This document shows, piece after piece, positions 1-9,000 of a DNA stretch of 64,000 nt. Origin of the DNA: Promethearchaeota archaeon. GTDB lineage: Archaea; Asgardarchaeota; Lokiarchaeia; Sigyniarchaeales; SOKP01. The DNA is taken from NCBI GenBank assembly GCA_019057865.1, contig JAHLWP010000001.1:178668-242667 (forward strand). Direction: 5' to 3'. The notes beneath the pieces were generated by a model, which saw nothing but the letters and a program-made list of their open reading frames with translations, did no database searches and was not told the origin of the DNA. The first letter of the stretch is position 1; each line of letters starts with the position of its first letter. The translations under genes were made by a program, and so were the position numbers.

Positions 1-360
1 TATAGCGACGGATTATACTGTGCTTACGATGATCCCGACTTGGATTTTACCAATAACGCCAAAGAACTGTTATTTCACCGTTCGAAAGCCCATTTTAAAG
101 CTCTTTTAGGACGCCAGAATATTGCCCGCGCCTACCAATCTAAAGGCGGGATTTACGCCCAATTAATAGATTTTGATTACTCTGATGAGAATATTTCGAG
201 CGTGCTCTTAGCAAGCGAAACTCCGCTACTTGAAGCAAATCGTCAAGAACATAACGCTCAATATATGGTGACTCGGCGCAGATGGCGAATCCGAGAAGAG
301 GAAACGGGAAACTTTAAACAATTTGAATATAATTTGCAAGCATTAAAAAACCAAGAGTGA
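1..360 (+). mobile_element. 3' part of an IS transposase (ISNCY/ISL3-like DDE type), truncated by the window start
   Basis: Frame 1 is open from base 1 and reads YSDGLYCAYDDPDLDFTNNAKELLFHRSKAHFKALLGRQN. This resembles the LFxCYDxPxLPRTNNxxExFFxxxKxxxRRxxGR transposase C-terminal motif. GC and codon usage are clearly higher than in the flanking host genes. Confidence 0.7.
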
Positions 361-380
361 TTTTTGTCGAGTGAGTATAG
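361..380 (+). repeat. Candidate right end (terminal inverted repeat) of the IS
   Basis: TTTTTGTCGAGTGAGTATAG directly follows the transposase stop, before an abrupt switch to AT-rich host DNA. The partner end would lie outside the window. Confidence 0.35.
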
Positions 381-439
381 TTTAATTATAATGTTTTTTT
401 TAAACATCATTTTTTTTTATCTTTATTAATTAATTATAC

Positions 440-1153
440 TTGAATGTAATAATGTTTCAAGAATTAAACGAGTTATTCGAAAGCACAACAATAAAACCAA
501 CATTTGAGAAAGTTCATATTATTCTAGCTTTATTTATTTTTGGAGAAAATATGGAAGGAATTGGAAGATATCGATTACAAAAAGAATTACTAATTGGCTC
601 GGGGACATCAAGATCTCTAATTAAGAAATTAAAACAAAGGGGGGGTTTTATAACAGTTGCAAATGGAGATATTAAAAGTAAATCTGAAAGCCAAAGGAAA
701 GGTCATATTCTCACGGAAAAAGGATTAGACTATTTAAATAAAATTAAAATACATATTCCAATTCTAATAGAAGGCAATTTAGAAATATTAAAGGATATAA
801 TCATTGAAACTTATGAAGCAAATCCGTATATTTGTCAAGTGAAAAATAGAGGTGATAGGATCACTAATGGAGTTGCTCAAAGAGATGCTGCAATTAAAGT
901 TGATGGTATTGGTGCCACATGTTTAATTTATAATGGTGATAGATTAGTATTTCCTTTAGGATCTTTATCAGATGATGATAAAAACCAGGCCCAAATAAAA
1001 GAGACTGTTCAAAATTATTTTAAAGAAATGAGAAATAAAATTACTGCTGAAAAGTTAATTTTAGAAAAAAATGATGTTATAATTATTGGATTAGGTGATA
1101 ATCCTGAAAAAGCAAGGTTAGTAGCGTTGAATGCTGCTTTAACCTTAATCTGA
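440..1153 (+). CDS. Winged-helix protein with DUF4443-like C-terminal domain
   Basis: N-terminal wHTH (IGRYRLQKELLIGSGTSRSLIKKL...GHILTEKG) and C-terminal GVAQRDAAIKVDGIGAT motif. Confidence 0.65.
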   Translation: MNVIMFQELNELFESTTIKPTFEKVHIILALFIFGENMEGIGRYRLQKELLIGSGTSRSLIKKLKQRGGFITVANGDIKSKSESQRKGHILTEKGLDYLNKIKIHIPILIEGNLEILKDIIIETYEANPYICQVKNRGDRITNGVAQRDAAIKVDGIGATCLIYNGDRLVFPLGSLSDDDKNQAQIKETVQNYFKEMRNKITAEKLILEKNDVIIIGLGDNPEKARLVALNAALTLI

Positions 1154-1204
1154 AAATAAGAGTGAAAAGAGATGTAGACCATAAAATTCGAAAAAGATAT
1201 AAAA

Positions 1205-1666
1205 TTGATTTTGAATCATATACTTTTTAATCAACTGATTGAATGTGTGAAAAGTGCTAGTCCTAATGAAGCATGTGGATTACTTTTCGGAGATGTTAAA
1301 GAAATAGATTATAAAGGGGAATACCAATACCAATATGTTGGAAAAAAGTTTAATTGTATAGAATCCAATCAAAAAAGTCCGGTTGCTTTTCTCATGAGCA
1401 ATCTTGAGGAATTAAACCGAATTTTTCACGATGCATTCCAAAAAGATAAATTACGTTTAATTAGTATTTTTCATTCTCATCCTGGTGGTACATATCCTAG
1501 CGAAATTGATTTTTCTAATATGAGATTTTTAGATAATTGCGGTAATAAAGCATTTAAAAATCAAATCTGGGCAATAATGAATGCAAGAAATATGAAATTA
1601 AATGGATATATTCTTTATAATAATGAATTCATGCAAATAAAAATTCAAAAACTTAAGCATTATTGA
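1205..1666 (+). CDS. JAMM/MPN+ (Mov34) metalloprotease, desampylase/deubiquitinase-like
   Basis: PNEACGLLFG and FHSHPGGTYPSEID match the E...HxH-x7-S-x2-D JAMM motif. Confidence 0.9.
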   Translation: MILNHILFNQLIECVKSASPNEACGLLFGDVKEIDYKGEYQYQYVGKKFNCIESNQKSPVAFLMSNLEELNRIFHDAFQKDKLRLISIFHSHPGGTYPSEIDFSNMRFLDNCGNKAFKNQIWAIMNARNMKLNGYILYNNEFMQIKIQKLKHY

Positions 1667-2301
1667 ATTTGCTTAAAACCTTCTTTATCTATAGTACATA
1701 ATTGAATTTTAAATCCAGATGCGGCATCCCTTTCTCGAGAACTTGAGATTGCTGTTTTTACAAGCTCTGTACCATCTTCTTTTGTCATATTGAGTTTCCA
1801 ATCAGCTTCTAAAACACCTAGAGAAAATGGAGATCCAGACCCAAATGATATAAATTTATCTTCTTCATAAAGAGTACCTAAGAGATCGATACCATAAAGT
1901 TTTCCAGCATTTTCTTTTAGAGAATATCCCCCTACAATCATCATAGAAACAAAAAATGATCTGCCTGAAAAGAGAATATTTCTTGTAATGCTTGCTATAT
2001 ATTTTGGTTCGGGGACTTTCTCTTCTTCAACTTCTTTTAATCGGGATAAAGCATAAAGTTGATTAATGACATATTGGCAATCAGCAACACCACCAGATAT
2101 AGTCGCTGCGGTATATTTATTTATTTCAAATAATTTCTTTGCCTGTTTAGTAGCTACTGTGAAACCGGCAGTTGCTTGAGATTCAGTACCCATAATAACT
2201 CCATCACTAACAATAATGCCAACTGTAGTAGTCCCGGATTGCAATGCTTTATTTATCGACTCTTGATCTAAATTGTGGGGATTTAAATTGTTTTCAGTCA
2301 T
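1660..2301 (-). CDS. psmB: Proteasome beta subunit
   Basis: Propeptide followed by G|TTTVGI (catalytic Thr1); GSGSPFSLGVLE; RDAASG. Confidence 0.95.
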   Translation of the reverse strand: MTENNLNPHNLDQESINKALQSGTTTVGIIVSDGVIMGTESQATAGFTVATKQAKKLFEINKYTAATISGGVADCQYVINQLYALSRLKEVEEEKVPEPKYIASITRNILFSGRSFFVSMMIVGGYSLKENAGKLYGIDLLGTLYEEDKFISFGSGSPFSLGVLEADWKLNMTKEDGTELVKTAISSSRERDAASGFKIQLCTIDKEGFKQIQ

Positions 2302-2481
2302 TTTAAAGTAAGATTATTCTATTATTATCAATAATAAATTAAGTGGTTTAATTTAAATAAAAATTGTTTCTATATTTATTTTACTTTAATAAATCATAAT
2401 TAATGTAGATTTTTAAAAAAATTTTAAAGATATCCTTTCTTATCAAAAATAATAAATTGGACTAATTTTGGTTAACCTTTC

Positions 2482-2859
2482 ATGGCAAGAAGCCAAGCTC
2501 GAAGTAAAAGGAAATTTACTGGAAAAAAATACAAGCATTTCAAGAAAAAAAGGAAAAGAGAACTCGAACGCCCAAGAATTGATACTACAATAGGTGAGAA
2601 GAAGAATAAGAAACAACGGGTTATGGGGGGAAATACAAAATTAAAACTATTCTCCTCTCAGTATATAAATGTAACAGACCCTAATACAAATAAAACATCT
2701 AGGGTGAGAATTTTAGACTTTGAGAGTAATGATGCTTCAAAAGACTTGAATCGTAGGCATATCTTAACCAAAGGAGCTGTTGTTGAAACAGAATTAGGAA
2801 ATGCAAAAATTTCTTCACGCCCCGGTCAGGATGGAATTTTAAATGGAGTTTTAGTTTAA
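2482..2859 (+). CDS. rps8e: 30S ribosomal protein S8e
   Basis: RKRELER, RVMGGN, ILTKGAVVETELG and SSRPGQDGILNGVL motifs. Confidence 0.97.
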   Translation: MARSQARSKRKFTGKKYKHFKKKRKRELERPRIDTTIGEKKNKKQRVMGGNTKLKLFSSQYINVTDPNTNKTSRVRILDFESNDASKDLNRRHILTKGAVVETELGNAKISSRPGQDGILNGVLV

Positions 2860-2867
2860 AATTTAGC

Positions 2868-3239
2868 TTATTCTTGAATTTTAATGTTCTTAACGTTTGC
2901 TTTTTTACCTTCGATAATCTCAGTATTATTACTTCCACAATGTTTACATCTAAAAAGTTGAAGTCCAGTTAACTGAGCCTCTCTTGTTAGTGATACTTCC
3001 GAATTTTTATTACATTCTCGACATTTAACTTTTCCCGGAAGAATTTTAATATTTAGTGTTGCTCCTTCTGCTATTGAACCTTTAGTAGCCATTTCAAATG
3101 ATCGTCGAAGAAGGTCAGGAACAATTAAAGTCAATTCTCCAATTTCAAGAAGAACTTCCGAGATCTTTTTTGCATTGTATTTCAATGCTGTAGCTTCAGC
3201 TACTTTAAAAATATTATAGGCAAAAGCAAATTCGTGCAT
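2868..3239 (-). CDS. hypA: Hydrogenase maturation nickel metallochaperone HypA
   Basis: N-terminal MHE Ni motif, IGELT, and two CxxC motifs (CREC, CKHC). Confidence 0.95.
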   Translation of the reverse strand: MHEFAFAYNIFKVAEATALKYNAKKISEVLLEIGELTLIVPDLLRRSFEMATKGSIAEGATLNIKILPGKVKCRECNKNSEVSLTREAQLTGLQLFRCKHCGSNNTEIIEGKKANVKNIKIQE

Positions 3240-3248
3240 TTATGGAAT

Positions 3249-3545
3249 TTAATTTTTTGTTTGCATTTTTCTAATTTCTTTTGCTATTTCTAGCATCACT
3301 TTTGATTTTTTCTTTCCCTTAATATCTATTAAAACTCTCCCTGGATCCTCCCACCATGTTCTTGGATAGTTATAACCTTCCTCAAGTTGAGCATTGTATC
3401 CCAATCGTTTTGCAGCTTTAAGTAGAGACTCGGTGCTCATTCTTTCAATTGCGAATGTTTTAGAAATACGCCTTCCTTCGGCTCTGCTTTTTTTTGCATC
3501 GAAATAAGCAGGCCAAAAAATTATAAATGGTTTACGTGAACGCAT
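3249..3545 (-). CDS. srp19: Signal recognition particle 19 kDa protein
   Basis: IFWPAYFDAKKSRAEGRRI and YPRTWWEDPGRV. Confidence 0.95.
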   Translation of the reverse strand: MRSRKPFIIFWPAYFDAKKSRAEGRRISKTFAIERMSTESLLKAAKRLGYNAQLEEGYNYPRTWWEDPGRVLIDIKGKKKSKVMLEIAKEIRKMQTKN

Positions 3546-3703
3546 TTAAATCATTAAGTGAAAAATTTTGAAAAAATATAAGATAAAAAACTCTCTAAGA
3601 AATATAAAAATTATTGGTTTAAAATATAAAAATTCTCAAAAATAAATTTTATTTAAGAGCATTTACTATTCTTATCATAACTTTTAAAACCCTTTTTTAC
3701 CCG

Positions 3704-3836
3704 GGGAGGGTAGTCTAGATTGGTATGATACTCGGCTGGGGTAATCTCTGCATTTGCTGAGTTTTCAGAAGCCGAGTGGTCGGGGGTTCAACGAATTTCC
3801 CGTTTCGGGCATCCCGAACAAATCCCCCCTCTCCCA
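3704..3836 (+). tRNA. tRNA-Pro(GGG) with two introns (37/38: 3742-3770; 58/59: 3792-3821)
   Basis: Acceptor stem GGGAGGG/CTCTCCC+A; anticodon stem CTCGG/CCGAG with loop CT-GGG-G|G; T arm GGGGG-TTCAA|AT-CCCCC. Both introns form BHB-like 4-bp helices (CTGG/TCAG and GTTC/GAAC). Confidence 0.9.
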
Positions 3837-3962
3837 TTTTACTAACTTTTTATATTATTAATAAAAAATAGAAATTGTATTCTTAAAAATTGTTAAATTT
3901 GGTATAGATTTTTAAGTAGGTAAAAGCTATTTCTTTATAAAATTAAATCATTTTGTGATCAT

Positions 3963-4268
3963 ATGTTTAGTGCAATTCAAGAAGCAGATAAAACCATGCG
4001 TGGTTTAGCTATTTTTGGGGGAATAGTGGGAGTGATTGAAGCGTTTATAGATTTAGCTGGCTTTGGATTATTTAAATGGGGACTGTTGGGTATAGCTGGA
4101 ACAATAATTGCTCTCATAATTGCTATAATAGCTATTTTTTTAGGATTTAGACCGATTCATTATATTCCTGCTATTTTAGGAGTAATAGGACTTTTTTTAA
4201 TAATTTTTGGAATATTAATTGGAGGAATAATTGTACTCCTTGCGGCTTTTTTAGGAGCCCTTAGTTAA
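3963..4268 (+). CDS. Small hydrophobic membrane protein (about 4 TM)
   Basis: Almost entirely Gly/Ile/Leu-rich hydrophobic helices. Confidence 0.7.
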   Translation: MFSAIQEADKTMRGLAIFGGIVGVIEAFIDLAGFGLFKWGLLGIAGTIIALIIAIIAIFLGFRPIHYIPAILGVIGLFLIIFGILIGGIIVLLAAFLGALS

Positions 4269-4302
4269 TTTTTAAACATTTTTTTTTCTTTTTCTTTTGA
4301 AA

Positions 4303-4328
4303 GTACGTGAAACCTAAATTTCACGAAC
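4303..4328. promoter_or_regulatory. Palindromic operator candidate upstream of the GH3 gene
   Basis: GTACGTGAAA-CCTAAA-TTTCACGAAC, with a perfect 7-bp core CGTGAAA/TTTCACG, about 90 nt before the ATG. Confidence 0.4.
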
Positions 4329-4420
4329 AATAATTCTATTTATTAATTTTTAAAGTAAAGTCATATTTACTAATATTAATGGAATTTAGGGAATTAATTA
4401 TACATTAATGTTGAAACGAT

Positions 4421-6883
4421 ATGAATTTAGATAAGAAAAATGATAGAACGCTCTATTTAGATTCTTCTCAACCTATTAAAAAAAGAGTTGAGGATCTCCT
4501 CTCAAGAATGACTATCGAAGAAAAAGTAGCTCAACTTGGTTCTCAGTACCCAAAGGCTGTATTAGAGGCCAAGGAGTTATCAGTTGAAAAAATGGAAAAA
4601 CATTTTAGGTATGGTATTGGTCAAATTTCTCGAATTGGAGGACTTATGAATATAGCCCCTGAAAAATCTGCAAAAATTGCTAATAAAATACAGAAATTTT
4701 TAAAGGAAAAAACAAGGTTAGGAATACCAGCAATAATTCATGAAGAATGTTTATGTGGCTTTACGTCAAGAGAAGGAACAGTTTTTCCACAAATCATTGG
4801 AGTCGCTTCTACATGGGATCCAGAGATTGTTGAAGCTATGACAAGTATAATTGGAAAACAGATGCGTATTGTTGGTGCTCATCAAGCTCTTTCTCCCGTT
4901 CTTGATATAGCTCGTGATCCAAGATGGGGTAGAACGGAAGAAACATTTGGTGAGGACCCGTATCTAGTATCTCGTATGGGTGTTGCATATGTAAAGGGGT
5001 TACAAGGTGATTCACTTAAGACTGGAATTATTGCAACAGGGAAACATTTTTTGGGGTATGGGTTACCACAGGGAGGGAGAAATTGGGGACCCGCATTTAT
5101 CCCTAAAAGAGAGTTATTGGAAGTATATGCAAAACCATTTGAAGCAGCAATAGTGGAATCTAATATCGGTTCAATTATGAATGCTTATCATGAAATTGAT
5201 GGAATTCCTTGTGGTATATCACATGAATTATTGACAGATTTGTTAAGGGATAAATTAGGTTTTACTGGTATGGTTGTTTCAGATTATGTTACACTTGAAC
5301 TTGCATGTTTATTACACCGAATAGCTAAGGATCCGACTGAAGCGGCAATTCTAGCAATAAAAGCGGGTCTTGATGTAGAACTTCCCAGAACCACAGGCTA
5401 TGGGAGGGGTTTTATTAGAGCTGTTAAAAATGGAGAAGTAGATGAAAAATTTGTAAATAGATCTGTTGCTCGAGTTTTGAAGAAGAAATTTGAACTCGGT
5501 TTATTCGAAAATCCATATATTGATGATAACCCAGAAAAAATTGCGGAAACAGTTTTAAATCCAGACTCTAAGGCTCTGGCTAAAAAAATAGCTCTTAAAT
5601 CTATGATCTTACTAAAAAATGAGAATGAACTTTTGCCTCTAAAGAAAAATGTAAAATCTATTGCTATTATTGGTCCAAATGCAGATAGTATACGAAATCT
5701 TTTTGGTGATTACACTTTTGTAAGTCAATTTGAAGCTTCTTTTGCTGATGTAAGTACTATAGGTGATCTTGATGAAGATACAGTATCTCTTTATAGAGAT
5801 TTACTAGAAAATGATGATAAAGATGCATTTACTCGCAGTATTTATAATATTAAGAGCATCTTAGAAGCTATAAAACAGAAGGTTTCTAAAAATACTAAAG
5901 TATATTATACTATAGGGTCTGAAATTCTTGATTATGATAAGAAAGGGTTTAGTAAAGCAATTGAAATTGCCAAAAAAGCTGAGGTTGCAATTCTAGTTAT
6001 GGGAGGAAAATCAGGAATGATAAAAGATTGCACAAGTGGTGAGTTTCGTGATCGTACTAGACTTACATTACCAGGTGTGCAAGAGGATTTAGTCCGAGAA
6101 ATCTATGCTACAGGTACTCCAATTGTATTACTATTAATCAATGGTCGTCCATTATCAATTCCGTGGGAAAAGGAACATATTCCTGCTATTTTGGAAGCTT
6201 GGGTACCTGGTGAAAAAGGAGCTGATGCTGTTGCCGATGTGTTATTTGGTGATTATAATCCAGGAGGAAAATTACCAATATCTATTCCTCGTAATGTAGG
6301 ACAGATTCCAGTTTTTCATAATCACAAACCTACTGGAAATTTATCAGTTACAACGTGGAATTACGTTGAAGAGAATACAGAACCTCTATTTCCTTTTGGA
6401 TATGGTTTAAGTTATACTCAATTTGAATATAGTGATTTAAGGATCAATAAAGCTCAAGTTGATATTAATGAAGAAGTTGAAATTTCATTGAAAGTTAAAA
6501 ATATTGGCAAGCTTCGTGGCGATGAGATAATTCAGCTGTATTTTCATGATCGAGAGGCAACTATTACTCGCCCCATTGAAGAATTAATTGGATTTAAACG
6601 GATAACTTTAGAGCCTAGAGAAATTGCAACAATAAGATTTGTTATTTCAATGAAGCAACTGGGATTTTATAATGAAAATATGGAATATGTTGTAGAACCG
6701 GGTAATATTGATGTCTATGTCGGTAGCATCCATTCACTCCATAGTTCAAAACAGTTAGATCTTATGAATGACTTACTTTCGCATAGAGATGTGAAATTAA
6801 AAAGTCAATTCAAAATTATTGGTGAAGCAATAAAATTAGATAAGAATAAAGTGTTTTTCTCAAAAGTTTTAGTTAAAAAATAA
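4421..6883 (+). CDS. GH3 beta-glucosidase/beta-xylosidase with Fn3-like C-terminus
   Basis: RLGIP, HEECLCG, RDPRWGRTEETFGEDPY, KHF, VSDY (nucleophile Asp), SGEFRDR, PLFPFGYGLSYT. Confidence 0.95.
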   Translation: MNLDKKNDRTLYLDSSQPIKKRVEDLLSRMTIEEKVAQLGSQYPKAVLEAKELSVEKMEKHFRYGIGQISRIGGLMNIAPEKSAKIANKIQKFLKEKTRLGIPAIIHEECLCGFTSREGTVFPQIIGVASTWDPEIVEAMTSIIGKQMRIVGAHQALSPVLDIARDPRWGRTEETFGEDPYLVSRMGVAYVKGLQGDSLKTGIIATGKHFLGYGLPQGGRNWGPAFIPKRELLEVYAKPFEAAIVESNIGSIMNAYHEIDGIPCGISHELLTDLLRDKLGFTGMVVSDYVTLELACLLHRIAKDPTEAAILAIKAGLDVELPRTTGYGRGFIRAVKNGEVDEKFVNRSVARVLKKKFELGLFENPYIDDNPEKIAETVLNPDSKALAKKIALKSMILLKNENELLPLKKNVKSIAIIGPNADSIRNLFGDYTFVSQFEASFADVSTIGDLDEDTVSLYRDLLENDDKDAFTRSIYNIKSILEAIKQKVSKNTKVYYTIGSEILDYDKKGFSKAIEIAKKAEVAILVMGGKSGMIKDCTSGEFRDRTRLTLPGVQEDLVREIYATGTPIVLLLINGRPLSIPWEKEHIPAILEAWVPGEKGADAVADVLFGDYNPGGKLPISIPRNVGQIPVFHNHKPTGNLSVTTWNYVEENTEPLFPFGYGLSYTQFEYSDLRINKAQVDINEEVEISLKVKNIGKLRGDEIIQLYFHDREATITRPIEELIGFKRITLEPREIATIRFVISMKQLGFYNENMEYVVEPGNIDVYVGSIHSLHSSKQLDLMNDLLSHRDVKLKSQFKIIGEAIKLDKNKVFFSKVLVKK

Positions 6884-6897
6884 TACAATTGACAAGT

Positions 6898-7758
6898 CTA
6901 TTTTGATAATGCTAACGCTAAGATTAATGCCCCTTGAATTTCAGAAATGTTTCCCACTCTTGAAGTATCTATTATAGTATTATTTAATCCCATATAAATT
7001 GCTCCATGCGCTTTTCCTCCGCCCAGGTGAACTAGCGTCCGATAGATCAAGTTACCGGAGATCCCGTTTGGTGCAATAATTAAATTCGATCTTTTCTCAA
7101 TAGCTTTTTCTATTAGAATTTCATCGTGAGCAATTTTTATATCTGGATACTCTTCTTGTATAAATTTAACTACATCATTAGCAATATCAATTGTTTTATC
7201 TACACTTTCATCTCTGCCAAAATCGCTTTTTCTTCCACCACTTAAAATACTAATTTTTGGTTCAATTTTTAAGTAAATAAACTCATTTATAGCTTTTCTT
7301 ATATAACTAATTTTCTTTTCTAAGGTATTGCACTCATCTATACCAACTGGTCCAAAAAAAAATTGAATTCCATTAGATGTCTCTAATAATGCTAACCGAT
7401 TTAATTCCTTTATGTTTAAATAATTTTTAACTATATTAAGAAATTTGTGAGAATCTAGAGAACCACGAATAATTCCATTTATTTTTTTGTTAATAAGACA
7501 CTCCATCATTTCTTTCTCTGGTTCATTTGTTTTGATTAACGAAATCCTAGATTTGTATTCATTATATAATTCTGTATTTCTAATTTGCTCAATTGAGTCT
7601 TTTATTCCAAAATAATAAATTTTTGAATTATTCTCATTAAGAAATTTAATCGTAGCATTGAATACTTTATTGTTATGAAACTGTGAGGTTCCTAAGCCTA
7701 TTCCTATTTTAGCCGTCTTTCCTTTTGCTTTTGATTTGAATTTATTTAAGATGCTCAT
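6898..7758 (-). CDS. mtxX: Methanogenesis marker 4 / MtxX-like protein
   Basis: IIRGSL, FFGPVGIDE, LSGGR.SDFGR, APNGISGNLIYRTL, DTSR. Confidence 0.85.
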   Translation of the reverse strand: MSILNKFKSKAKGKTAKIGIGLGTSQFHNNKVFNATIKFLNENNSKIYYFGIKDSIEQIRNTELYNEYKSRISLIKTNEPEKEMMECLINKKINGIIRGSLDSHKFLNIVKNYLNIKELNRLALLETSNGIQFFFGPVGIDECNTLEKKISYIRKAINEFIYLKIEPKISILSGGRKSDFGRDESVDKTIDIANDVVKFIQEEYPDIKIAHDEILIEKAIEKRSNLIIAPNGISGNLIYRTLVHLGGGKAHGAIYMGLNNTIIDTSRVGNISEIQGALILALALSK

Positions 7759-7778
7759 CTTTCAAGTTGGTTAAAATT

Positions 7779-8909
7779 TTAAACCATTCCATAAACTATA
7801 AACGCTAAAGTTATTGTTATAGCATCATATACTCCATGAGTTATAACCACTGTAATTAAATTTTCATTTCTCCAGTAATAAAGCCATCCTATCATTAAGG
7901 AAATGGAGAAATAAGGAATAAATGACAATAAAAATGAAACTACAAAAGCTAATGGAGATTCTGAGGCAATAAAAAAAAATCCAATTAAATGAAACAATGA
8001 AAATATTAATGCTGAAATTATAATGCCCCAAATATTTCCTAAATTCCGCACTAGTCCTTTTTGCATAAATCCTCTAAATATTATTTCCTCAGATGTCCCT
8101 ATGATTAAAATCATTACGATGGCGAAGATAATTAAACTGAAAATATCTAATGATGAGACTATTATTTCGACATCAGTTGTAGTACCACTAGTATCACGTA
8201 TAATATCAACTCCAAAAATTATTTCTAAAATAATTTCTATAAATATTGAAGATACAACTACTACTATTATTCCAATTGCTGCAAAAGCTAAGCCAATTAA
8301 CACTTCTTTATAAATTCCTTTTCTCTCATATCCTCGGGAAGTAAATCCTAACAAAATTAATCGATTTTCAAAAGAAGGTGTTTGGAGATACTTTCCAACA
8401 TATAGTACAGGTACAAGAATAAAGACTAGTTCAAAAAAAGATGAAAAAATTATAAAGTATGGATTGTACATTAAATCAGTTAAACTTTCCAAATCAGTAG
8501 TAAAAAACGCTAACATCGCAAGAAATCCTGCTACTAAGAAACTCATGAGTATATATGCTCCTATTGGTAAACCAAGAGAAGTCATTATCCCCCATAATTT
8601 TAAATCTTTTGTATTAGTGATACTGTCATCAGAAATCTTTTCAATTCCATAATAAATTTTAGAAGGGTAGTATTGGGGATACGATATGGTTCTAATATGC
8701 TGACTAGGTGGAAATTTTTTATGTTCCTTAATATATGTAATATTTGTCCGACATTTTATACAAAATTTAAGATTTTTGATTTTTGGAAGTTTATTTCCAC
8801 ATATTGGACAATATAACCAATCTAATTTGCTTTCATTACTATCTACATTCTCTTGAGACTTAATAAGATCTTCTTCTTTATATTGATCTTTTAGTTCTTT
8901 ATCACTCAT
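7779..8909 (-). CDS. CPBP/Rce1-like (type II CAAX) intramembrane metalloprotease with N-terminal zinc ribbon
   Basis: CPICG...CIKC at the N-terminus; EEIIFRG, FSLFH and HGVYD motifs; multiple TM helices. Confidence 0.9.
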   Translation of the reverse strand: MSDKELKDQYKEEDLIKSQENVDSNESKLDWLYCPICGNKLPKIKNLKFCIKCRTNITYIKEHKKFPPSQHIRTISYPQYYPSKIYYGIEKISDDSITNTKDLKLWGIMTSLGLPIGAYILMSFLVAGFLAMLAFFTTDLESLTDLMYNPYFIIFSSFFELVFILVPVLYVGKYLQTPSFENRLILLGFTSRGYERKGIYKEVLIGLAFAAIGIIVVVVSSIFIEIILEIIFGVDIIRDTSGTTTDVEIIVSSLDIFSLIIFAIVMILIIGTSEEIIFRGFMQKGLVRNLGNIWGIIISALIFSLFHLIGFFFIASESPLAFVVSFLLSFIPYFSISLMIGWLYYWRNENLITVVITHGVYDAITITLAFIVYGMV

Positions 8910-9000
8910 TGTTAAGTTATAAGAATAAATTCATTTACAAAAAATTTTATATTTCAAATTATAAAAAGTTCAGTTAAAAAGTTAGTTTAAAATAATAGAA

